From Eledone cirrhosa (lineage: Eukaryota): a stretch of 64,000 nt of DNA. Positions 55,401-64,000 of this stretch are shown one piece after another. Position 1 is the stretch's first letter; the number at the start of each line of letters is the position of its first letter. The stretch lies in the NCBI GenBank assembly GCA_964016885.1, contig OZ024741.1, positions 224,006,001 through 224,070,000 of the forward strand, read 5' to 3'. A program made the translations under genes and the position numbers. The notes under the pieces were generated by a model that was not told where the DNA came from, did not search any database, and saw nothing but the letters and a program-made list of their open reading frames with translations.

Positions 55401-56298
55401 GTGTATGTATATGTATCATGAGTTTGCAACCATTTTGTGTACCTGTATGTTTATATGCTGTGTATGTGTTATCATCTATTGTACATGTGTGCATGCATGT
55501 TTTTCTGTGGCGTGTGTGTATGTGTATGTGTGTGTGAATGTGTGTGTATATGTGTATGTGTGTGTATGTATGTGTGTGTATGTATGTGTATGTATGTGTG
55601 TGTGTATGTGTATGTATGTATGTGTGTGTGTGTTATTATAAACAGAGCAGACGACATGAAGATATACTGTTGCATACAGGGACAGAAAGAGAAAGAGAGA
55701 GAGAGTGATGGAGAAGGGAAGAAGGGTGGGGAAAGGGAGAGAGAGAGAGTGATGGAGAAGGGAAGAAGGGGTGGGGGAAGGGAGCGAGATAAAAACACGA
55801 TAGCAAAGAGGAAAAATAAATAAAAGATAAAACCTAAAAAGAAAGAAAACAAAAATAAATAAAACGTTAATAGCGAAACCAGTTGTTGTTGTTGTTGTGG
55901 TTGTTGTTGTTTAGCCCTAGGTTAACACTTATCAAGCAGACCTATGATCAGATGTATTCTAGCCATGACCATTCCATCTTTTTTCATATATGTCAAAGAG
56001 GCCAGGATCATATTATCCAATGTGTACCTCTTTTAAAGACGTTAGTGTTCAAATTGAAGGAGATTTGACTATTATTTCTAGCACATTGAGCGACCACGCA
56101 GAGGTTGACTGGTAGTAAAATAATATATAATATATATATATACATACATATACATATATATATATATATATGTATGTATGTATGTATGTATATGTATGAA
56201 AGAAAGTATGTAAGTATATATATATATATATATATACATAAATATATACTTATATATACACACACATATATATACATACTTACATACACACACAGACA

Positions 56299-56336
<38 letters not shown>

Positions 56337-56342
56337 CATACA

Positions 56343-56378
<36 letters not shown>

Positions 56379-56523
56379 TATCTGTCTGTCTGTGTGTGTG
56401 TGTGTAAGTATGTATATATATGTGTGTATATATATAAGTATATATTTATATATATATATATATATACTTACATACTTTCTTTCATACATATATACATACA
56501 TACATACATACACCTATTTACAT

Positions 56524-56557
<34 letters not shown>

Positions 56558-56749
56558 CTATGTATGTGTGTGTGTGTGTGGAGGTAAAGGTGTGGTGGAT
56601 GTATGGTAGGTGTGTGGCGGCGATTGTGTAAACGGAGAGTAGGATGACGGTGGTGTGAGGGGGTGGGGAATAGACTGTACAGATGCGGGGGTGGTGGAGG
56701 AGGTGGAGGTGGAGGTGGAAAGAGAGGGAGAAGAGGGAAGAAGCTTGTT

Positions 56750-58022
56750 AACAGCAACAACAACAAAAATAACAATAATGAAAGCAACAACAACAACAAC
56801 AACAATAATAATAATAATAATAATAAAGATTTTTTTATTTGTTTATTAATCTTGTTTTTATTATTAATAATAATACTAATAATATGGGCCGCCGCCACCA
56901 CCACCATAACAACAACAACAACAAAATGAAAATAATAAAACTAATAATAACTGCAACAACAACAACTACTACCACAACAACAACAATAACAAATGTCACA
57001 ACAACAACAATAACAAAGATTACAACAACAACAACTAAGATGGGTTGGGGTTGGGGTTGGGGAAAAAGAAAAAAGTAAAACAGAAAAAGTAAAGGAAAAA
57101 AATAGAAAAAATAAAAGTAAAAAAAATATAGACAAATAAAAAGAGAAAAACAAAATGTAGCGAGAGAAAAATATAAGAAAAAAGAAGGGGAGAAACGAAG
57201 GGAAGAAAGAGTAAGTTTACCACCACCACACCTACCACCACCACCATTACCACCACCACCACCACCACTAAACCTAGCACCACCACCACCACCACACCTA
57301 CCACCACCACCATTACCACCACCACCATTACACCTAGCACCACCACCACCACACCTACCACCACCATTACCACCACCACCATTACACCTAGCACCACCAC
57401 CACAACACCTACCACCACCATTACCACCACCACCACTACACTTAGCACCATCACCACCACACCTACCACCATTACCACCACCACCACACCTACCATTACC
57501 ACCACCACCACTACACCTAGCTCCCACCCCCTACCACTACACCTAGCACCACCACCACCACCACCATCATCACCACCACCACCACCATTACCACCACCAC
57601 CATCACCACCACGACCACTACACCTAGTACCACCACCACCATCACCACCACGACCACTACACCTAGTACCACCACCACCATCACCACCACTATCACCACC
57701 ACTACCACCACCACCACCACCACCACCACCACCACCACCACCACCACCACTACTACCACCATCATCACCACTAACACCACCACCACCACCATCATCACTA
57801 CCACCACCATCACCACCACCACCACCAACCTCAACAACAACCATATCACCACTATCACCAACAACAACAACAACCACTGCCACCACCACCACCGCTACAA
57901 ACATCTACACCGCCACCACCAACCTCAACAGCAACTATATCACCACCACCATCACCAACAACAACAGAACCACTACCACCACCACCACCACCACCACCAC
58001 CACCACCACTAACGACAGCAGC
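56750..58022. repeat. (CAA)n/(TAA)n and (CCA)n-rich trinucleotide repeats
   Basis: Direct reading. Confidence 0.92.
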
Positions 58023-58229
58023 AAAGCGTCAGTCAATGAGTGAACCTTTTCGTGGTCAACTGATTTCCTGGAAATAGCAACAAAATAACCCTCAAATCAT
58101 ACCTCAGTGTTTTAAAAAAAGGACACTTGGATATTTTGGTCTTAGGTTCCTTGCATATGGGGTGGGGTGGAATGGTTACGACTGGAATGGCTTTGATCTT
58201 TTCGGTCTGTCCATATTTACAGAGGGCAT

Positions 58230-58365
58230 TATTTGAGAGATCCACCACAGACAGTAGTCGTCCCAAGACGGTTCCCTGGGGCACGCCGCTTGTTATTGAC
58301 GTTTCCTTTGAGAGGGCCCCATTGGCTGCAACAGTCTGGCTTCTATCTTTTAGGAAGTCATGAAG
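58230..58365 (-). pseudogene. Short LINE RT fragment homologous to 55270-55395
   Basis: GVPQGTVLG motif. Confidence 0.7.
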
Positions 58366-58394
58366 TCATTCACCATAAAGCTAACTTCAGCAGG

Positions 58395-58520
58395 GTTCTG
58401 AGTTCAAATCCCGCTGAGGTTAGCTTTGCCTTTCATCCTTACGGGGTCGATAAAATAAAGTACCAGTAATGTACTGGGATAATTGCTGGCATTGTGCCAA
58501 AAGTAGAAACAATTATTATT
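58395..58520 (+). mobile_element. 5'-truncated SINE (another degenerate copy at 58955-59090, minus strand)
   Basis: Box B and body are present. Confidence 0.88.
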
Positions 58521-59899
58521 ACGACAAACAGCCCAGTTGACAAAGAAACCTCTATTATTATCACTTCATACGGTAAAAATATCAGTTAAATTTGCCTCAA
58601 AACACGCCTTGCCATCTTAAATAGTGGACAGGGTACATATAACATATTCCTAGATACTTAAAAAAAAAAGATGTGGTGGTCAAGACTGGAATGTCTTTGA
58701 CCACAAATCTGCTGACCAGGGGCTAAATAAAAACACAATCCCTCCTTTATAGGCTACCACCACACGACCGTAACACTACCAATATGTATGTATGGTCCCG
58801 TAACTCCTATTGACATACGACGTTTCTATGCATTTAAAAAAAAACCCAGGTGGAGCCCATCTCCTCTTAAGGTCTGAATACAACAGATCTCTTCCAGAGG
58901 AGGATGGAGAGGGTGAAAGAAAGGAAGTGAGAAAGAGATATAGAGGAAGAATTGAAACCAGTACAATACTGGTATTTTTTTTTATCGACCTTAAATGGAT
59001 GAAAGGCAAAGTTGACTTCGACGGGATTTGAACTCCGTGAGCAGAGAGTCAGAACGAATACTTCAGAGCATTCCATCCAACGTTCTAACACTATCAGTAC
59101 TTCTATAAATCACTACTTCCCCCCACCAAGAGAGGATCATATGTGTTAGAAATAGAAGCCAACTATCCCTCAAATCTTACCTAACCATCTTAAAAAGAAG
59201 GATATTGTGTGCTGGAGCTCTCCATACTCTCACTGTGCTTTATTCATGATCGTATTTCTAACGAAATACTCTGAATTTCAATTAATGAATAATTTCGAAG
59301 GATTTACTAATATTATTAAAACTGTATTATCCCGTCCGACGGGATAATCTCTCAACCACTTTGGGGTGGATAAGAGATTCTTCTCTTCTGAAAATAGGTA
59401 TAGCTTTCATTATGTAAAATCTCCCCAATTTGCCTCATTTCTCTCCGTTTGGAGGCACTTTTTTTTCATGGTACCCCCCCCCCACGTTTGGGCTTTTAGA
59501 GGTTGGCAAGTCTGCTGAGCTCAAATAACACCGACGTCAACTTTGCCCATCATCATTTTGCTGGCCTTGTGCTTGTGAAAAATAATTATTAAGATAGTAA
59601 CTTGACAAATTGTTCTTATATAAAATTATTATATTGGAAAATTTAAATTTAAATAGAAACCCTATAAATTAGGTGATTTTGTTTCATAGAACCAGAGCCG
59701 GTTTTGGGTGTGAGTGTATCAGTAGAATTAATAATAGATCTGCTTGATCAAGGCCGACTTGAGGCGATACAACAATAACGACACCACCGCCACCTTCACT
59801 ACCGCCATTAGATAATATAATCCCTGATATATAAAATGTCAGGATTGGCGAGGTTAGGAAGCTGTTGATGAGAGGTCTACTTGACCTGGGGTGTAAATA

Positions 59900-62178
59900 A
59901 CACCACACTACACCACACCACTCTACACTACACCACACCACACTACACCACATTACACCACACTACACCACACCACACCACACTACACCACATTACACCA
60001 CACCACACCACACCACACCACACCACACCACACCACACCACACCACACCACACCACACCACACCACACTACACCACATTACACCACACCATACTACACAA
60101 CACCACACTACACCACACCACACTACACCACACCACACCACACCACACCACACCACACCACACCACACTACACCACATTACACCACACCACACCACACTA
60201 CACTACACTACATTACACCACACCATACTACACAACACCACACTACACCACACCACACTACACCACACCACACCACACCACACCACACCACACTACACCA
60301 CACCACATTACACCACACTACACTACACTACACCACACCACACCACACTACACCACACCACATTACACCACACTACACTACACTACACCATACCACATTA
60401 CAGCACACCACACTACACCACACTACACCACACCACACCACATTACACCACACCACACTACACCACACTACACCACACCACACTACACCACACCACACCA
60501 CACTACACCACACTACACCACACCACACCACATTACACCACACCACACTACACTACATTACACCACACTACACCACACCACACTACAGCACACCACACTA
60601 CACCACACTACACCACACCACACCACACCACATTACACCACACCACACTACACTACATTACACCACACCACACCACACCACACCACACCACACCACACCA
60701 CACCACACCACACTACACTACACTACACTACACTACACTACACTACACTACACTACACTACACTACACCACACTACACTACATTACACCACACCACACTA
60801 CACCACACTACACCACACTACACTACATTACACCACACCACTCAACACCACACCACACCACATTACACCACACCACACTACACTACATTACACCACACCA
60901 CACCACACCGCACCACACCACCCTACACCACACCACATTACACCACACTACACCACACCACACCACACTACACCACACTACACTACATTACACCACACAA
61001 CACCACACCACACCACACCACATTACACCACACCACACTACACTACATTACACCACACTACACTACACCACACCACACTACACCACACCACACTACACCA
61101 CATTACACCAGACCACACTACACCACACTACACCACACTACACCACATTACATCACACCACACTACACCACACCACATTACACCACACTACACCACACTA
61201 CACCACACTACACCACACTACACCACATCACACTACACCACACCACACCACATCACACCACACCACACCACATAACACATCACTACACTACACCACATTA
61301 CACCACACTACACCACACCACACTACACTACACCACACTACACTATACAATACTACACCACACTATACCACACCACACCACACCACACTACACTACACGA
61401 CACCACACCACACCACATAACACAACACATCACTACACTACACCACACTACACCACACTACACTTCACAACACTATACCTCACCACACCAGACCACACCA
61501 CACCACACTACACCACACTACACCACACTACACTAAACCACACCACACTACACCAAACCACACTACACTACACCACACTACACCACACTATACAACACTA
61601 CACCACACTATACAACATTACACCACACTACACGACACTACACCACACTATACAACACTACACCACACTATACAACACTACACCACACTACACCACACTA
61701 CACAACACACAATACACCACACTACACCACACAACACCACACCACACCACACCACACCACACCACACTACACCACACCACACCACACAACACACAATACA
61801 CCACACTGCACCACACTACACTACACCACACCACACTACAGCAGGCTACATCAGACAACACCACACCACACTACACCACACCATACTACACAACACACAA
61901 TACACCACACTACACCACACCACACCACACCACACCACACTACACCACACCACACAACACACAATACACCACACTACACCACACCACACAACACCACACC
62001 ACACTACACCAGACTACATCAGACAACACCACACCACACCACACTACACCACACCATACTACACAACACCACACCACACCACACCACACTACACCACACA
62101 ACACCACACTACACCACACCACACAACACAACACTACACTACACCACACAACACAACACTACACTACACCACACAACA
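59900..62178. repeat. Pentamer satellite (CACCA/CACTA/CATTA)n
   Basis: Direct reading. Confidence 0.96.
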
Positions 62179-63863
62179 ATGCCTACAACACCATACCTGT
62201 CGTATGGAGGCCCGAGCATGCTCCTTGCTGCTGATACGGTCATACCCTCGGCTACTGGGGTCCAACAGGGTGACCCTTTGGGACCCCTCCTGTTCGCCCT
62301 TGGTATTGACCACATCGCCCGGAGTATCACGGCCCCTCTCAACGTTTGGTATCTGGATGACGCTACGTTGGGGGGGGGGGGGGGGGGGGGGGGGGCGTAC
62401 GGACGGTCTGCCATGACCTTCGATCGGTGGTTCCTGCCCTGGCGGGAATCGGCCTCCAGGTCAACTCGGCCAAGTCGGAGGTGGTGGACGTCAGCCGCGA
62501 TTCTGCGAGCTTTGCAGCCTCCGTCTTGGACGTGCGGTCCATTCTCCGCCAGGTTCAGGTGACCCCCCAAAGAGGATGTCCTCATCCTCGGGTCACCGAT
62601 CCACCCGCCGGCCGTCCGCTCCACCATCAGGTCCAGGCTTCAACAGCTCCAGACTCTCACGAGCCGACTGGGCTTGACTCACGGCCACCCAGCGCTCTTT
62701 CTGCTGAGGAACTGCTTCGCCATTACGAAGCTCCCCTATACACTCCACAGCGCTCCGTGCTACACCCAGACATCTCTCCTCGCTGAACTCGATACTTGTA
62801 TCTGAGCAGCAGCCGAGGAGATATGCAACGTCAAGTTTGACAACATAGGGTGGCAACAGGCCACTTTACTTGTCAGGTATGGCGGCCTAGGCCTCCGGTC
62901 CCCATTCTCACTAGCTTTGCCGGCGTATCTTTCGTCGGTAACCTCGTGCCGCGTCCTCGTCAGCAGGGTTCTTCAAAGCACAACAGAACCCTCTGTGTTT
63001 AGAGAACGTGAGGCCGCCTGTGAGACGTGGGACCGGTTGGGACTTAGCCTAGTAGACGTCCCTCCTCCTTCTCCCCCTGTTGAAGTCAAGTCCCCCCAAC
63101 GCACTTGGGATGCCATCCAGTGCAGCCTGGCCTCAGACAAGCTCACGCGCTAGCTCGACCAGCACCGCCTTGCTTGTTTTCGTGCGGCCTCCAAACCCCA
63201 CAGTGGTGCCTGGTTCCATGCCCTGCCCTCCTTCTCCACTGGCACACAGCTAAACAACCATAGCCAGCGCACCGGCGTTTCCCTGACGCTCGGCCTCTGG
63301 ATCTGCCAGCCACAACAATGTTGCTGCGGTTCCACCGTGGACTCTTTCGGCCTCCACCCGCTTTTCTGTCTCCACAGTGCCGGCCGCATTCTACGCCATG
63401 CTGCCCTCAATGAGGTCACTAAGCATGGCTTGGACGCTGCTTCCCTGTTCGAGCCGGTGGGGCTGGATCGAGGGGAGGGCAAAAAGCCAGATGGCATGAC
63501 CATCTTCCCGTTCCGCGGTGGCAAACCCCTCGTCTGGGATGCCACTTGCACCGACACTTTCTGCAGCCGCAACCTGGTGCAGTCTGCGACTGACCCAGGT
63601 TCTGCTGCACGTCGGGCTGAGGAGGCCAAACTCCTCAAATACCGGTCGCTCTCCGACAGGTTGCGCTCGTACCCCTGGCAGTGGAGACTTCTGGTGTCCT
63701 CAGCCCCATGGCTACCTCCTTACTCACCACCATAGGCGCTGAGCTGGCCAGCCGCGAGTTGGAGTGGATTTTGCAGCGCGTGGCCCTTGCCGTCCTCCGG
63801 GGAAACGCCTTCTCCATTCTGTCCGCCGGGGCTGTGTGTGGGCCCCATCGCGTATCGTTGTAG
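62179..63863 (+). mobile_element. 5'-truncated CRE-clade-like non-LTR retrotransposon (RT plus CCHC plus restriction-like endonuclease), with stops and frameshifts
   Basis: GVQQGDPLGPLLFAL, WYLDDATLG, GLQVNSAKSE, GGLGL, GAWFHALPS, CG..DSFGLHPLFC, RH..LN, EPVGL, PDG, WDATC and QRVALAVLRGNA. Confidence 0.9.
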
Positions 63864-64000
63864 TTGTTGTAGAACATACAAGAAGACAACAACTGGAAAG
63901 TTTGATTTTCTACTTTATCATTTACTTCTGCACTGAAATCGTAATATAAATGTATACTTAACCATACCCTAGGTCGGATTGACAATGACAAACTCCAAAT

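Noticed and set aside
59881-61275. 464-aa His-Thr-Thr repeat protein
   Set aside because: It is a translation of the pentamer satellite.

Overview
AT-rich, repeat-saturated animal genomic DNA. The SINE and LINE families resemble those I recall from octopod cephalopods, but that assignment is inference. There is no prokaryotic gene content and no CRISPR array; almost all long entries in the ORF track are microsatellite artefacts. The window holds large tandem arrays (16-bp, 96-bp, 98/99-bp, 31-bp, ~37-bp and pentamer), about 15 copies of a tRNA-derived SINE, decayed LINEs (R4/Dong-like, CRE-like, RTE, CR1-like), DNA-transposon relics and solo-LTR-like pieces. The most notable feature is a dense set of Penelope-like element (PLE) derivatives. 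Two carry GIY-YIG endonuclease remnants. Several are short, non-coding fold-back elements sitting in (TA)n/(CA)n tracts. By hand I can fold 12 complete or near-complete type I hammerhead ribozyme motifs from about seven sequence families, plus several half or degenerate motifs. These unrelated families also share a GAGYRCT-like motif shortly before their 3' ends. Two small candidate host-gene exon pairs (7.1/11.6 kb on +, 37.1/36.6 kb on -) are the only hints of cellular genes.
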